64,000 nt of DNA from Mycoplasmatota bacterium (GCA_018394315.1 CP074575.1:1644615-1708614); one strand, 5' to 3'; positions 38,387 to 49,587 are shown, counted from the stretch's first letter. Translations and numbers: made by a program. Notes: generated by a model not told the origin, from the sequence alone.

Positions 38387-39043
38387 TTAAGTGCCCCTCT
38401 TTCTAGCTAACATAATTATTTTTTCTATTGATTCCTCAATAGTTAAATTCGTAGTATCAACTTCTACCGCATCATTTGCTTTCTTTAAAGGATTTAATTT
38501 TCTAGTTGAATCCTTTTTATCTCTTTCCTTTATTTCTATAATTAATTGACTTAATTCTACATTTGTACCAGATTTAATAATTTCTAAATATCTTCTTTCA
38601 GCGCGTTTTTCGATTGAAGCATTAAGAAAGATTTTTAAATCTGCATTAGGTAAAACGTGATAACCGATATCTCTTCCTTCCATCACAACGCTACCCTTTT
38701 CAGCAAGATCTCTTTGAATTTCAACCATTTTATCTCTAACTATTTTTTGTCTAGCAACTATAGAAACATTATTAGCAATTTCATTCGATCGAATCTCTTT
38801 ATCAACACATTTCCCGTTTAAATAAATTGAATTATTTCTATAATCAATATTGATATCATCAATAAAATCATAATTTGATTCGTTTGTTAAATCAATATTT
38901 TTTTTAAGTGCTTCCAAAGTTACAGCTCTATACATTGCTCCTGTATCTATATGGTTTATATTAAGTGCTTCTGCTACTTTTCGACTAACCGAAGATTTTC
39001 CAGCTCCCGCAGGTCCATCAATTGCTAATTGGAATTTCTTCAT
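38387..39043 (-). CDS. cmk: Cytidylate kinase
   Basis: AIDGPAGAGKSS, DTGAMYRA, MEGRDIG. Confidence 0.97.
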   Translation of the reverse strand: MKKFQLAIDGPAGAGKSSVSRKVAEALNINHIDTGAMYRAVTLEALKKNIDLTNESNYDFIDDINIDYRNNSIYLNGKCVDKEIRSNEIANNVSIVARQKIVRDKMVEIQRDLAEKGSVVMEGRDIGYHVLPNADLKIFLNASIEKRAERRYLEIIKSGTNVELSQLIIEIKERDKKDSTRKLNPLKKANDAVEVDTTNLTIEESIEKIIMLARKRGT

Positions 39044-39161
39044 ACCATCCTCCTAGACATAACCATTTAATTATATCACATAATTTTCCATTGTCATTAA
39101 TTTTTAATTCAAAAAATATTTTACTCATTCTATAATCTTCACATCAATAATTGTTGATTTA

Positions 39162-39175
39162 TGAAAACCTTTTCA
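39162..39175. promoter_or_regulatory. Palindromic cre-like (CcpA/LacI) site upstream of hppA
   Basis: TGAAAACCTTTTCA, about 20 bp upstream of the hppA -35. Confidence 0.4.
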
Positions 39176-39193
39176 CTAATTAGTTTTTTTTAA

Positions 39194-39222
39194 TTGTAAT
39201 GTGAATTTATGTATGGTATTAT
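39194..39222 (+). promoter_or_regulatory. sigmaA-type promoter of hppA
   Basis: TTGTAA-17 nt-TATTAT with extended TG. Confidence 0.55.
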
Positions 39223-39257
39223 GTTAGTATTACCAACTAAATAGGGAGGAAAATCAT

Positions 39258-41264
39258 ATGAGTTTAATTTATTATGGTAGTTTGATTGTCGCACTATTAG
39301 CATTAGTATACGCATTTATTTTATACCGTAATATTATGAAACAAGAGCCTGGGACTGAGAAAATGATTGAATTATCTAATCACATTAAACTTGGAGCTAT
39401 GGCTTTTTTAAAACGCGAATATAGAATTTTAGTTGTATTCGTAAGTATTCTATTTATAATACTAAGTTTCACTATGAACATTCACACAGCACTAGCATTT
39501 TTACTAGGTGCTCTTTTCAGTAGTTTAGCAGGGTACATCGGTATGCGAGCAGCAACGAATTCAAATGCAAGAACAGCAAGTGCTGCAGAATGTTGTGGTA
39601 TACCTAAATCATTATCGATAGCATTTAATGGTGGTTCAATAATGGGAGTAAGTGTTGTTGGTTTAGGATTAATGGGACTTTTAATTATATTTGTAACATT
39701 GACAAAAGGTTTAGTATTCACAAATGAAGAAGCTATTCAAATACTAACAGGATTTGGTTTAGGAGCTTCATCAATCGCTTTATTTGCAAGAGTTGGTGGT
39801 GGAATCTACACTAAAGCAGCTGATGTAGGAGCAGATTTAGTAGGTAAAATCGAAGCAGGAATCCCAGAAGATGACCCACGAAATCCAGCAGTAATAGCAG
39901 ATAACGTTGGAGATAACGTAGGTGATGTTGCTGGTATGGGTGCAGATCTATTTGAATCATATGTTGGTTCTATTATCGCAGCATTAACTTTAAGTATTAC
40001 TTATCTAGATGGTGAATTCATCAATCAAGCAATTTCGTTTCCAATTATTCTTGCAGCAATAGGTATATTAGCTTCAATTATAGGTTCAAAATTTGTTAGA
40101 GGTAAAGACACAACTAACCCACATAAAGCATTAGAAATAGGTACATATGTTAGTGGAATATTAGTAGTTGTACCTGCATTTTTCATCTCAAAAAATTTCT
40201 TTGGGAGTTATGATCCATTCTTAGCAATTGTTGTTGGTTTAATAGTTGGGACATTAATAGGAAAAGTTACAGAAATTTATACATCTGGGCACTTCTCACC
40301 AGTAAAAATGATAGCAGATCAATCAAAAACTGGACATGCAACAAACATTATTGCAGGAAATGCAATTGGTATGCAATCAACTGCGATTCCAACAATTATA
40401 TTAGCAGTTGGTATTGTACTAGCTTATCAATTTGCAGGTTTATATGGAATTGCCTTAGCAGCAGTAGGGATGTTATCAACATCAGGTATGACTATTGCGA
40501 TCGACGCATACGGACCAATTGCTGACAACGCAGGAGGAATAGCTGAGATGGCTAGTATGAATCCAAAGGTTAGAGAAATTACTGACAAATTAGATTCTGT
40601 AGGAAACACAACAGCGGCAATAGGTAAAGGATTCGCTATTGGTTCTGCTGCATTAACATCACTAGCATTATTTGTATCATTCATCGAAGCAAGTGGAATT
40701 GGTGTAATTAGACTTAATGTTCCTCATGTTACAGCTGGTTTATTAATTGGTTCAATGTTACCATTCTTATTCTCTTCAATGACAATAAGTAGTGTCGGTA
40801 AAGCAGCATATAAGATGATTGAAGAAGTAAGAAGACAATTTAGAAATAGTCCTGGTATTATGAAAGGAACAGAAACCCCTGATTATGCAAAATGCGTCGA
40901 TATCTCTACAAAAGCAGCATTGCAGGAAATGATATTACCAGGTGTACTTGCCATTGTAATCCCACTTGTAGTAGGTTTCACTCTAGGTGCAGAAGCTTTA
41001 GGTGGTTTATTAGGTGGAACACTGGGTACAGGAATAATGCTTGCAATTTATATGTCTAACGCAGGTGGAGCTTGGGATAATGCTAAAAAAGAAATTGAAC
41101 AATCAGGAGAAAAAGGAACTAAAGCTCATCAAGCAAGTGTCACTGGGGATACAGTTGGTGATCCATTCAAAGATACAGCTGGACCATCACTAAATATTTT
41201 AATCAAATTAATGACTATCGTATCGTTAGTATTTGCTTCATTATTTGGTTCTGGAATTTTATAA
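39258..41264 (+). CDS. hppA: Membrane pyrophosphatase, K+-dependent, probably Na+-translocating
   Basis: [60 protein letters not shown]. Confidence 0.95.
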   Translation: MSLIYYGSLIVALLALVYAFILYRNIMKQEPGTEKMIELSNHIKLGAMAFLKREYRILVVFVSILFIILSFTMNIHTALAFLLGALFSSLAGYIGMRAATNSNARTASAAECCGIPKSLSIAFNGGSIMGVSVVGLGLMGLLIIFVTLTKGLVFTNEEAIQILTGFGLGASSIALFARVGGGIYTKAADVGADLVGKIEAGIPEDDPRNPAVIADNVGDNVGDVAGMGADLFESYVGSIIAALTLSITYLDGEFINQAISFPIILAAIGILASIIGSKFVRGKDTTNPHKALEIGTYVSGILVVVPAFFISKNFFGSYDPFLAIVVGLIVGTLIGKVTEIYTSGHFSPVKMIADQSKTGHATNIIAGNAIGMQSTAIPTIILAVGIVLAYQFAGLYGIALAAVGMLSTSGMTIAIDAYGPIADNAGGIAEMASMNPKVREITDKLDSVGNTTAAIGKGFAIGSAALTSLALFVSFIEASGIGVIRLNVPHVTAGLLIGSMLPFLFSSMTISSVGKAAYKMIEEVRRQFRNSPGIMKGTETPDYAKCVDISTKAALQEMILPGVLAIVIPLVVGFTLGAEALGGLLGGTLGTGIMLAIYMSNAGGAWDNAKKEIEQSGEKGTKAHQASVTGDTVGDPFKDTAGPSLNILIKLMTIVSLVFASLFGSGIL

Positions 41265-41268
41265 AAAT

Positions 41269-41292
41269 AAACACTACGGAAGTAGTGTTTTA
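41269..41292. terminator. Bidirectional terminator between hppA and rluB
   Basis: AAACACTAC-ggaa-GTAGTGTTT between convergent genes. Confidence 0.75.
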
Positions 41293-42006
41293 ATTTTTAC
41301 TTAGTTCTCGAATTACTTTAATTTCATGAGGTTTCATAAGTCGATACTCACCAAGCTTCAAACCCTTATCTGTAATATTCCCAAAACGTACTCTTTTAAG
41401 CTTCTTCACCTTTAAACCTACTGCTTCAAACATTCTTTTAATTTGATGATATTTTCCTTCTTTAATAATAACATTTACTATCGAGATATTAATTTTTTTT
41501 TCCATTTTAACCAATTTCGACTGACATGGTGCAGTCACATAATCTCCAATGTCAACTCCAGCAGAAAATAATTTTCGATGTTTAGATGTGAATATACCAG
41601 TAACAGTAGCGACGTATTCTTTTTCCACATGATGCTTAGGGTGGATTAATTGATTTGTTAATTCTCCATCATTCGTTAACAAAAGTACTCCTGTGGTATT
41701 ATAATCTAATCTTCCAATTGGAAAAATTCTTTTCTTAGTATTAATCAAGTCTACTACAACTTTCCTGTTTTTATCATCAGAGACACTTGATAAATAACCA
41801 CTTGGTTTATTTAATACGAAATATACGTTTTCTTCGATTGATATTTCTTTTCCATCCACTACTATGATATCTTTTTTGCTAACTTTTTCACCTAATGTAG
41901 TGACAAGTAAACCATTAACCTTAACTCTTCCAGCTGAAATCATTTCTTCTGCTTTTCGCCTAGAAGTTATGCCACTGTTAGCAATCACTTTTTGTAATCT
42001 TTCCAT
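41290..42006 (-). CDS. rluB: 23S rRNA pseudouridine synthase RluB
   Basis: [27 protein letters not shown]; follows spmB. Confidence 0.9.
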   Translation of the reverse strand: MERLQKVIANSGITSRRKAEEMISAGRVKVNGLLVTTLGEKVSKKDIIVVDGKEISIEENVYFVLNKPSGYLSSVSDDKNRKVVVDLINTKKRIFPIGRLDYNTTGVLLLTNDGELTNQLIHPKHHVEKEYVATVTGIFTSKHRKLFSAGVDIGDYVTAPCQSKLVKMEKKINISIVNVIIKEGKYHQIKRMFEAVGLKVKKLKRVRFGNITDKGLKLGEYRLMKPHEIKVIRELSKN

Positions 42007-42034
42007 AAGTCCTCCTGCATTTGTTTCAGTGATA

Positions 42035-42538
42035 TTATAACATAATTACATAAACTAGTAACAAACTTACAATAAAACCTATTAAATCTACTAATAGACC
42101 CAATTTAAGTGCATATCTGTACTTAGTTACACCTATTGAACCAAAGTATAGAGTAATGACAAATATCGTAGTATCGGTACTACCTTGGATAATTGAACTA
42201 CAAATACCTATAACTGAGTCTACACCATATTTTTCGAATATATTAGTCATAACACTTAGCGAGGCAGATCCAGATATGGGTCTCATTATTCCTTGTAAAA
42301 TTAAATCACTATTTATAAGGTTGAATTTCAAGAATTGAAAAGTATCATTTAAAATATTAGAACCTACAAAAACCTTAACTGCAAAAAGCATAGCTAAATA
42401 AACAGGGAATATTTTCATTATTAATCTTATACCGTCTTTACATCCTTCAATAAAACTATCAAATGCATTTATTTTCTTTACAGTAAAAAGCATAATGATA
42501 AAGATATAAAGAGGTAAAACATAGTAGCTTATATTCAT
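42035..42538 (-). CDS. spmB: Spore maturation protein B
   Basis: 'FIEGCKDG', 'MRPISGSAS', 'GSTDTTIFVITLYFGSIG'. Confidence 0.93.
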   Translation of the reverse strand: MNISYYVLPLYIFIIMLFTVKKINAFDSFIEGCKDGIRLIMKIFPVYLAMLFAVKVFVGSNILNDTFQFLKFNLINSDLILQGIMRPISGSASLSVMTNIFEKYGVDSVIGICSSIIQGSTDTTIFVITLYFGSIGVTKYRYALKLGLLVDLIGFIVSLLLVYVIML

Positions 42539-43104
42539 AATTTTTGAACAACCAAATTAAGAATAATAGCTGATAAAGTTGTTATTAAAGTTGCTATAAA
42601 AATATAAATGATTAGCTCCGCATTAACTAATGGATTATAATTTCCTCTAAGGGCTAGTATCGTAGTTGGTATAAGTGTGAGCCCGCTTGTATTTATTAGT
42701 AAAAATGTAATCATAGAATTAGACGCAACATCACTTTTATTAAGCCTTTGCATTTCTTCAATGGCTTTTAATCCTAGTGGAGTAGCAACACTTCCTAAAC
42801 CTAATATATTTGCTAAAAAATTAGCGCTTATGTACTGATGAGCTTTATTATCCTTGGGTATTTCAGGAAACAGTTTGACCATTAACCATCTAATCTTAGA
42901 ACTAAATTTATCAATCAATCCAGCATCTGCAGCTACCTTGATAAATCCACTCCAAAAAATGATAGTCATTACTATAGGAAGCATTGTGTTAAAAACATTA
43001 ACCGGGAAACTAATTATTAGATTTGTGAGTTCACTTGCATTACCACTTATGAGAAAATAAGTCATACCAACCAAAATCAAACTAATCCATATTCTATTAA
43101 TCAT
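42535..43104 (-). CDS. spmA: Spore maturation protein A
   Basis: MINRIW, 'LFPEIP', 'ANILGLGSVATPLGLKA', 'INTSGLTLIPTT'. Confidence 0.93.
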   Translation of the reverse strand: MINRIWISLILVGMTYFLISGNASELTNLIISFPVNVFNTMLPIVMTIIFWSGFIKVAADAGLIDKFSSKIRWLMVKLFPEIPKDNKAHQYISANFLANILGLGSVATPLGLKAIEEMQRLNKSDVASNSMITFLLINTSGLTLIPTTILALRGNYNPLVNAELIIYIFIATLITTLSAIILNLVVQKL

Positions 43105-44165
43105 AGTCGAACTCTTTTTATAAAATCAAAAAATGTTAATTGACTTTTTTCCATAGAAAAGTTGTATACATTTCTTTCAATTATTATCTCATTATTTAAG
43201 TAAACAATTATTTTCCCAATAACATAAGAATCACTATTATGTTTCAAGTAAATCTTTAAATCTATTTCGTCTCTTTCATCAACTCTAAGTGGTACTGTAA
43301 TGTCTTTTTCGATATATGGTTTATAATCATATAAATTATTCTTTATTCGCAAAGCTTGTGATTTCATTACAGTATATTTATCAAATTTATCAAATCCATA
43401 ATTAAATAATAAACTATGATCATTCCAATCATTTGATCCATTGAATGTTACAACAACCAAATCTAAATCTCCGTCACTCGCTGTGGTAATCAGAGTCCTT
43501 CCAGCACTTTTTGTATAACCAGTTTTTCCGCCTGTATATATACCTTGGCTTTGCACAAGCCTATGCTTGTTTGACCAAACATACCTCATATCATTTTTAG
43601 TGGTACAACTATGCACTCTAGTTTTAGTTATATCTCTAAAAACATCGTTTTTCATAGCATAACTCATTAATAAAGCCATATCATAAGCAGTTGAATAGTT
43701 TATTGAGTTTTCATCTAACCCTGAAGGATTCTCAAAAGTACTATTCTTCATACCAATTCTTTTTGCATACTCGTTCATTTCTATTACGAATTCATCGTAA
43801 CCTAATACACTTTCCGCTATTAAGTAAGCAGAATCATTTCCTGACCTTAACATTAGCCCATATATTAAATCTAGAAGCATTATCTCATCATCTTCAATTA
43901 AATATATTTTAGAACCAATTTGATTTACACTTTCTTTTGATACTTTTACGTACTCATCTAAAAATCCATTTTCTATCGCAACTATTGCGGTCATTACTTT
44001 CGCAATACTAGCGGTTTTCATTCTTTTATTCATATTCTTTTCAAATATAACTCTATTACTATCTATATCCATTAGAATAGAAGTTTCTGCACCTACAAAG
44101 AATGCATTTACTGATACTATGTTTGTTATAAGAATAAGAAATACTATTAGAATTATTCTTTTCAT
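43101..44165 (-). CDS. dacB: D-Ala-D-Ala carboxypeptidase DacB (sporulation PBP5*)
   Basis: SIAK, SGN, KTG motifs; first gene of dacB-spmAB. Confidence 0.9.
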   Translation of the reverse strand: MKRIILIVFLILITNIVSVNAFFVGAETSILMDIDSNRVIFEKNMNKRMKTASIAKVMTAIVAIENGFLDEYVKVSKESVNQIGSKIYLIEDDEIMLLDLIYGLMLRSGNDSAYLIAESVLGYDEFVIEMNEYAKRIGMKNSTFENPSGLDENSINYSTAYDMALLMSYAMKNDVFRDITKTRVHSCTTKNDMRYVWSNKHRLVQSQGIYTGGKTGYTKSAGRTLITTASDGDLDLVVVTFNGSNDWNDHSLLFNYGFDKFDKYTVMKSQALRIKNNLYDYKPYIEKDITVPLRVDERDEIDLKIYLKHNSDSYVIGKIIVYLNNEIIIERNVYNFSMEKSQLTFFDFIKRVRL

Positions 44166-44180
44166 ACTCCACCTCAGTAA

Positions 44181-44209
44181 AGTATATAAAATAACCCTCT
44201 CAAATATTA
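44181..44209 (-). promoter_or_regulatory. sigmaE-type promoter for dacB-spmAB
   Basis: TAATATT-14 nt-TATATACT; this operon is sigmaE-controlled in B. subtilis. Confidence 0.55.
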
Positions 44210-44215
44210 AAGGCG

Positions 44216-45643
44216 CTATGCGCCTTTTTTATTTTTCATAGGAAATCTTATTAATGTTTTTACTAAATCTGGAATATTCAACGGTATGAGTGGATATAAG
44301 TAAGGTTTATTAAAACTCTTTAAACTTGCTAAAAATATAAACCAAATACTACTTGAAATTAATAACCCCGGTAATTTAAAGAAGTATGTAATCACTATAA
44401 TAATCATCTTACACAACTTGTTTGCTAAACTTAATTCATAACTAGGAGTTAGATAATTCCCTATAGCACTTACCGCAACATATAGTACGACTTCGGGAGT
44501 AAATAAACCTACATCTATCGCAATTTGTCCTACTAACACTCCTGCAATTAATCCCATAGCTGTAGATAACGGAGTAGGTGTATGTATTGCTGCCATTCTT
44601 AAAAATTCTATTCCTAATTCTGCTATTAAAATTTGTAAAACTACAGGCACATTACCATTTTTTTCAGGTCCTATAAATGATAAAGCCTCAGGTAATAGCT
44701 CTGGTTGTATAACAAATAATAACCAAACTGGAACTACAAACATAGCTATTAAAATACCCAAAAAGCGAATAAGTCTTAGAAATGTTCCAATAAGTGGAGT
44801 TTGCCTATATTCCTCTGCATGATGGATGTGGTCAAATATAGTAATTGGACCTAAAATTACACTAGGTGATGTATCCACAATAATAGCTACTAAACCTTGA
44901 TATAGATGAGTAGCAATTGTATCAGGTCTTTCAGAATATCTAACAAGTGGATAAGGGTTAAATTTTTGTTTTACAATTAATTCCTCAAGTGCTTTATCAC
45001 TCATAGCAAGCTCGTCTATTTTAATACTAGTTATCCGCTTTCTAACATCCTCTACTAATTCTGGTGGAGTAATACCTTCAACATAAGATAAACAAACATC
45101 TATTTTGGTCTTATCACCTATAGCGAACAACTCATTACGCAAATTATGATCTTTAGCTCTTCTTCTTACTAATGCTGTGTTAATTATAATGTTTTCAGTA
45201 AAACCATCTCTACTACCTCTCACTACTTTTTCAGTATCAGGCTCTTGAGGAGATCTAGTTGGATAACTTCTAACATCTATAATAAATCCATACATATATC
45301 CGTCTACAATTATACCAAGTAAACCAGAAACAATTTTTTCAACAAAAGATTGAATATCGGTTACTTTTTCAACTTGAAAATGTACTAATCTATTCTCAAT
45401 AGTTTCTACTAATTTCTTTTTATCTACTTCTAAATCATTTATTTTAACCAATTGCTTAAAAAGTTCAGTACTCAAAGTTGCATCACAAAGACCAGTTACA
45501 AAGTAGCACTGTATTTTTTTATCCTTTATGATAAATTCTCTATGACTTACATCATATGAAACTCCTACACCTAATAATTTATCTAATATAGAAACATTTT
45601 CAGAAATTTTATTTGAAATAATCAAATTATCAATTTTTATCAC
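44216..45643 (-). CDS. spoVAF: SpoVAF (GerA family)
   Basis: '[26 protein letters not shown]', '[11 protein letters not shown]', 'TPSYEL'. Confidence 0.93.
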   Translation of the reverse strand: MIKIDNLIISNKISENVSILDKLLGVGVSYDVSHREFIIKDKKIQCYFVTGLCDATLSTELFKQLVKINDLEVDKKKLVETIENRLVHFQVEKVTDIQSFVEKIVSGLLGIIVDGYMYGFIIDVRSYPTRSPQEPDTEKVVRGSRDGFTENIIINTALVRRRAKDHNLRNELFAIGDKTKIDVCLSYVEGITPPELVEDVRKRITSIKIDELAMSDKALEELIVKQKFNPYPLVRYSERPDTIATHLYQGLVAIIVDTSPSVILGPITIFDHIHHAEEYRQTPLIGTFLRLIRFLGILIAMFVVPVWLLFVIQPELLPEALSFIGPEKNGNVPVVLQILIAELGIEFLRMAAIHTPTPLSTAMGLIAGVLVGQIAIDVGLFTPEVVLYVAVSAIGNYLTPSYELSLANKLCKMIIIVITYFFKLPGLLISSSIWFIFLASLKSFNKPYLYPLIPLNIPDLVKTLIRFPMKNKKGA

Positions 45644-45990
45644 CCTTTTGGTCTAAAAAATACTGCTACTAAGAAAGCAAAAATAATTGCTGCAGTGATA
45701 CCACTAGCTGTCATATCAAACATACCCATACCAATTCCTAAAAAACCAACTTCATTAGCTTTTTCCATTGCTCCATGGAGTAATGAGTGACCAAAACTAG
45801 TTATCGGTACTTGTGCGCCAGCTCCCGCAAATTCTATTAATTTATCATAAAGATCAAATGAATCTAACAAAGCTCCCGCTACGACGAAACTTGCTGTAAT
45901 ATGTGCTGAAGTTAGCTTAAACCTATCAATCAAGATTTGCCCAATTACACAAATTAGTCCTCCGACTAGGAATGCGTATAAATAAATCAT
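45640..45990 (-). CDS. spoVAE: SpoVAE (SpoVAEb)
   Basis: '[13 protein letters not shown]', '[14 protein letters not shown]', C-terminal FRPKG. Confidence 0.93.
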   Translation of the reverse strand: MIYLYAFLVGGLICVIGQILIDRFKLTSAHITASFVVAGALLDSFDLYDKLIEFAGAGAQVPITSFGHSLLHGAMEKANEVGFLGIGMGMFDMTASGITAAIIFAFLVAVFFRPKG

Positions 45991-46991
45991 ATTTTCTCCA
46001 AAGAAATTGCATGTGCAATTGAAGGGATTGTTTCTTTTTGGAACATCATAATTGGGTTCATCAAAGCTCCTGTCGCTATAATTAATATTTTATTAATAAG
46101 ATTATTATTTAGTAAACTCACCAAATAACCAAAACTCACTACAGCACAACACGCACAACCACTTCCTCCAGCGAAAACTGGTTGTTTTTCAGAGTCATAA
46201 ATTAATATTCCGCAATCTGTATGATTATTGCTTATATCTACTTCATTGTCTTTTAATATATCAATCAAAATGGGTTTACCTACTTTTGATAAATCCCCAG
46301 TAACTATCATGTCGTAATAATCTGGTGTTCTATTTAAATCTTCCATATGCTGTTTTATGGTTTCTGCTGCTGCAGGAGCCATAGCACTTCCCATATCATT
46401 AGCATCTTTTTGCTTTCCGTCTATTACTGTACCAACAGTAGCTGACTCAACTTTTATTTTAGTTTCATTATTGGTTAATAAGCAAGCACCTGCTCCAGTA
46501 ACTGTAAATGTAGCTGTATCAGGCTTTTGACCACCATATTCAGTCGGATTTCTAAACTGCCTTTCTGCAGTCGAATTATGACTTGAAGTTGAAACTATTA
46601 TGTTACTACCAATTTCTCCTTCAATTAAACTAGAACCTAAAATTAATCCCTCTACTGATGTAGAACAAGCTCCATAAATTCCAAAAAGAGGTATCCTAAA
46701 ATCTCTCATTACATAATTACTAATAACATCTTGGTTTATAAGATCTCCGGCTATTACATAATCAATATCCTTATCATTTTTAAAACTCTTTGTCATCACT
46801 AAAGAAATTGCATCTTTAACAAGTCTTTGCTCAGCTTTCTCCCATGAATCTTCTTCACAATATAAATCATCATATGCATAATCAAAAAAGTTACCCAGTG
46901 GCCCGCTTCTTTCTAGCGGACCAACAATAGTTGCTGTCTCAGACATATATACCTTAGAAAACTGTATTGAATTTTTTCCGATTTTCTTCAT
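45987..46991 (-). CDS. spoVAD: SpoVAD (dipicolinate-binding)
   Basis: '[10 protein letters not shown]', 'AGDLINQ', 'GACST', '[12 protein letters not shown]', 'GGSGCAC'. Confidence 0.96.
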   Translation of the reverse strand: MKKIGKNSIQFSKVYMSETATIVGPLERSGPLGNFFDYAYDDLYCEEDSWEKAEQRLVKDAISLVMTKSFKNDKDIDYVIAGDLINQDVISNYVMRDFRIPLFGIYGACSTSVEGLILGSSLIEGEIGSNIIVSTSSHNSTAERQFRNPTEYGGQKPDTATFTVTGAGACLLTNNETKIKVESATVGTVIDGKQKDANDMGSAMAPAAAETIKQHMEDLNRTPDYYDMIVTGDLSKVGKPILIDILKDNEVDISNNHTDCGILIYDSEKQPVFAGGSGCACCAVVSFGYLVSLLNNNLINKILIIATGALMNPIMMFQKETIPSIAHAISLEKI

Positions 46992-47428
46992 AAGACAAAA
47001 TTTTCTATAAGATATCTAAGCATTCCTAATATATATGCACTAACAACACCAAATGTTATGACTGCACCAGCTAACTTAAATAGATTTGTCGCAACACCTA
47101 ATACAAGTCCCTCTTTTTTATACTCTAATGCTGCTGATGTCATCGAATTCGCAAAACCTGTAACAGGAACTAAAGAACCAGCTCCTGCCCACTGCCCTAT
47201 TTTGTCAAAAACACCTATACCGGTCAAAAGTGACGCAATTAATATTAATGTAACAATCATGAGAGATCCTGTTTCTTCCTTTTCAAATCCAGCTAACTCA
47301 TATAACTTAAGTAATATTTGTCCAAATAGACAAATAGAACCGCCTGAAACAAATGCCCTGATAGAATTTCGAAGATATTTTGGTTTCCAAGCATTTTTTT
47401 TAATACTCTTATCATAGTTTATAATCAT
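46988..47428 (-). CDS. spoVAC: SpoVAC
   Basis: 'AFVSGGSICLFGQ', 'AGAGSLVPVTGFANS', 'FKLAGAVI'; exact start uncertain. Confidence 0.95.
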   Translation of the reverse strand: MIINYDKSIKKNAWKPKYLRNSIRAFVSGGSICLFGQILLKLYELAGFEKEETGSLMIVTLILIASLLTGIGVFDKIGQWAGAGSLVPVTGFANSMTSAALEYKKEGLVLGVATNLFKLAGAVITFGVVSAYILGMLRYLIENFVL

Positions 47429-47439
47429 CACCTCTAAAT

Positions 47440-47468
47440 TAATTTTGCCATTATTGTTATGAATATAC
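47440..47468 (-). promoter_or_regulatory. Candidate forespore (sigmaF/sigmaG-type) promoter of spoVA
   Basis: GTATA-14 nt-GGCAAAATTA immediately after the sigF terminator hairpin (47470-47490). Confidence 0.45.
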
Positions 47469-47485
47469 TAAAAAAGCTGAACTCA

Positions 47486-48040
47486 TCAGCCAGCTCTTAA
47501 ACTATTTAAAGATTTCTTTAGTATTCTTGAAACAGTAGACTGAGACAAACTTAATCTACTGGCAATTTCATGTTGCTCGTAATTATAAATAAATTTCATT
47601 ACTATTATTTTTCTTTCAATGTACTCTAAGTCCTCTAAAGGAAAATTTATGTTCTCTTCCTTAATATTATTTAAGTTTTTAATATCCATATTTTGTATAG
47701 CTATTAATACATTCTCCTTACTCTCATCTAGTAATAATGCATTTTCGCTAACCGACTTCTTTAAATCGATGTTTTTGATAATCTTACGTATAGTATCAGG
47801 TAATCTTATCAATTTACTATTTCTAATCTCTGTTTTTATCTCACCAACTATAAATGGTACAGCGTAACTCGACAACTTTCCGTATCTTTCATCATATTTC
47901 TTTAAAGCTTTAAATAAACCAAAGCATCCGGCTTGGAACAAATCATCTTTGTCAACTAATCCAAAATCCATTTTCTTTACTATGGCTCTTACTAAACCTA
48001 AATTATCATTAAAGTAATTATTTATATTTTCTTGATGCAT
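47486..48040 (-). CDS. sigF: Sporulation sigma factor SigF (short, divergent)
   Basis: Region 2 'NLGLV...DDLFQAGCFGL...SYAVPFIVGEIK', region 4 'QHEIASRLSLSQSTVSR'; third gene of spoIIA. Confidence 0.85.
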   Translation of the reverse strand: MHQENINNYFNDNLGLVRAIVKKMDFGLVDKDDLFQAGCFGLFKALKKYDERYGKLSSYAVPFIVGEIKTEIRNSKLIRLPDTIRKIIKNIDLKKSVSENALLLDESKENVLIAIQNMDIKNLNNIKEENINFPLEDLEYIERKIIVMKFIYNYEQHEIASRLSLSQSTVSRILKKSLNSLRAG

Positions 48041-48438
48041 TTTATTGTGGTACCTTCTCCAACAATTGATTCAACTAATAATTCATCAGAAAAAGCTTCC
48101 ATTATAGTAAATCCTAATCCAGACCTTTCTTCATTTTTTTTAGTTGTAAACATAGGTCTTTTAGCTTGTTTTACATCATTAATTCCAATTCCTTGATCAA
48201 TTACTTCTAACATTATTTCTTCTTTGTCGTAACTACATTTAACATTGATTACATTTAATGGATCGGATTCATACCCATGAACAATTGAGTTAGTTACTGC
48301 TTCAGATACTACTGTCTTAATCTCATTTAGAATAGCTACTTCTAAATCTAAATTTAGTAAAAATGAAACCACTGCGGCTCTTATAAAAATGATGTTTTCT
48401 GTTCTAGAAGAAAAAAAAACTTCCATCTTATTCATCAT
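48022..48438 (-). CDS. spoIIAB: Anti-sigma F factor SpoIIAB
   Basis: 'EIKTVVSEAVTNSIVHGY', 'DQGIGI', 'ERSGLGFTIME'. Confidence 0.97.
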   Translation of the reverse strand: MMNKMEVFFSSRTENIIFIRAAVVSFLLNLDLEVAILNEIKTVVSEAVTNSIVHGYESDPLNVINVKCSYDKEEIMLEVIDQGIGINDVKQAKRPMFTTKKNEERSGLGFTIMEAFSDELLVESIVGEGTTIKCIKKI

Positions 48439-48785
48439 GCTACCCCCAAATACCATTTTGCATCACGCTCTGTGTCTTTTATAACACAAATTTTATATAA
48501 TCCAGATAACATAACGACTCTTTCGACATTGTTATTCAATTCACAAATTACTATTTCTCCATCCTTCGTCTTAACTTGATTATATCTGCCAATCAATAGT
48601 CCAATTCCACTAGAGTCTATAAATGACAAGTCTTTCATATTAAAGATTAAATTCTTTATACTATACTTATCCATCAACTCAATTAATCTCAATTTGAAAT
48701 TTTCTGTTGTATGTTGATCCATCTCTCCAACAAGTTTAATAAAAAGTGATCCCTTTTTTACCACTAAGTGTACATTTAATGCCAT
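48435..48785 (-). CDS. spoIIAA: Anti-anti-sigma factor SpoIIAA
   Basis: STAS domain, 'GEMDQH', 'FIDSSGIGLLIGRY'. Confidence 0.96.
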   Translation of the reverse strand: MALNVHLVVKKGSLFIKLVGEMDQHTTENFKLRLIELMDKYSIKNLIFNMKDLSFIDSSGIGLLIGRYNQVKTKDGEIVICELNNNVERVVMLSGLYKICVIKDTERDAKWYLGVA

Positions 48786-49069
48786 AAGTCCCCCCCCTAT
48801 TTACGAATAATTTTAAACTATAATATTAATTACGGTAATACTTAGACAAAAGTTCACATAATATTTCATTTGATATTGTGTTGTATATTTAATAATCTAA
48901 GTACTAAATAGCAAATTTTACACTAAATTGTATATTTATATCTAATTATATCCATAAGTCCATAAATGAAAATTCATAATAAAAGAAGATAATATAATCT
49001 CATCCTCTTCCTAAATGTTATATTTACATAGTCAATCAGAATAAATTTAGTTATAAATCCAAATTCAAT

Positions 49070-49096
49070 AAAAAAAATAACGGATTTTACCCGTTA
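49070..49096 (-). terminator. Terminator after the aac gene
   Basis: TAACGG-7 nt-CCGTTA followed by T run on the minus strand. Confidence 0.6.
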
Positions 49097-49140
49097 AGTA
49101 GATCTATTGAAAAAATATATTATGGATATCTTCTTCTTTT

Positions 49141-49587
49141 CTACAGTTCTTTAATATAGTGAACAATTATCTCAGCTTTCTTAAATCCTATTGACTCGTG
49201 AAATTTTTGACTAAGCACATTACTAAGCTCAGTATCAGATCCTAATTCCTTATAACCTCTCTCTTTGCAAAAAAGTATTGCTTTATCAACTAGTTTACTA
49301 GCAACTCCTTTTTCCCTATAATCTTCTTTAACATAAATACCTTCAATATACCCAACTGGGCTGGACTCACTTCCTTCGACGTAGTCTTTTCTGGTAGATA
49401 AATTTATAAATCCAACATATTTATCACCATAGATTGATAAATAAATGTCTTTATCATTATCAGTGAGAGCTTGACCAAATTCAGTCTTCATCTCACCTTT
49501 AAGAACATCTGGCCAAAGGCACGCTACTAAAGAAAACCATTCTTCAAAATCGCTTTCATTAATTTTTCTTAATAATATGTTATCCAT
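49141..49587 (-). CDS. Aminoglycoside 6'-N-acetyltransferase, AAC(6')-Ic/Iy-like GNAT
   Basis: 'LWP', 'R.DYVEG.ESSPVGYIEGIYV', 'ELGSDTELSN..SQKFH..IGF'. Confidence 0.8.
   Translation of the reverse strand: MDNILLRKINESDFEEWFSLVACLWPDVLKGEMKTEFGQALTDNDKDIYLSIYGDKYVGFINLSTRKDYVEGSESSPVGYIEGIYVKEDYREKGVASKLVDKAILFCKERGYKELGSDTELSNVLSQKFHESIGFKKAEIIVHYIKEL

Noticed and set aside
48930..49015. Tiny ORFs upstream of spoIIAA (e.g. MRLYYLLLL*)
   Set aside because: Too short, with poor SD spacing, and expected by chance in AT-rich DNA.
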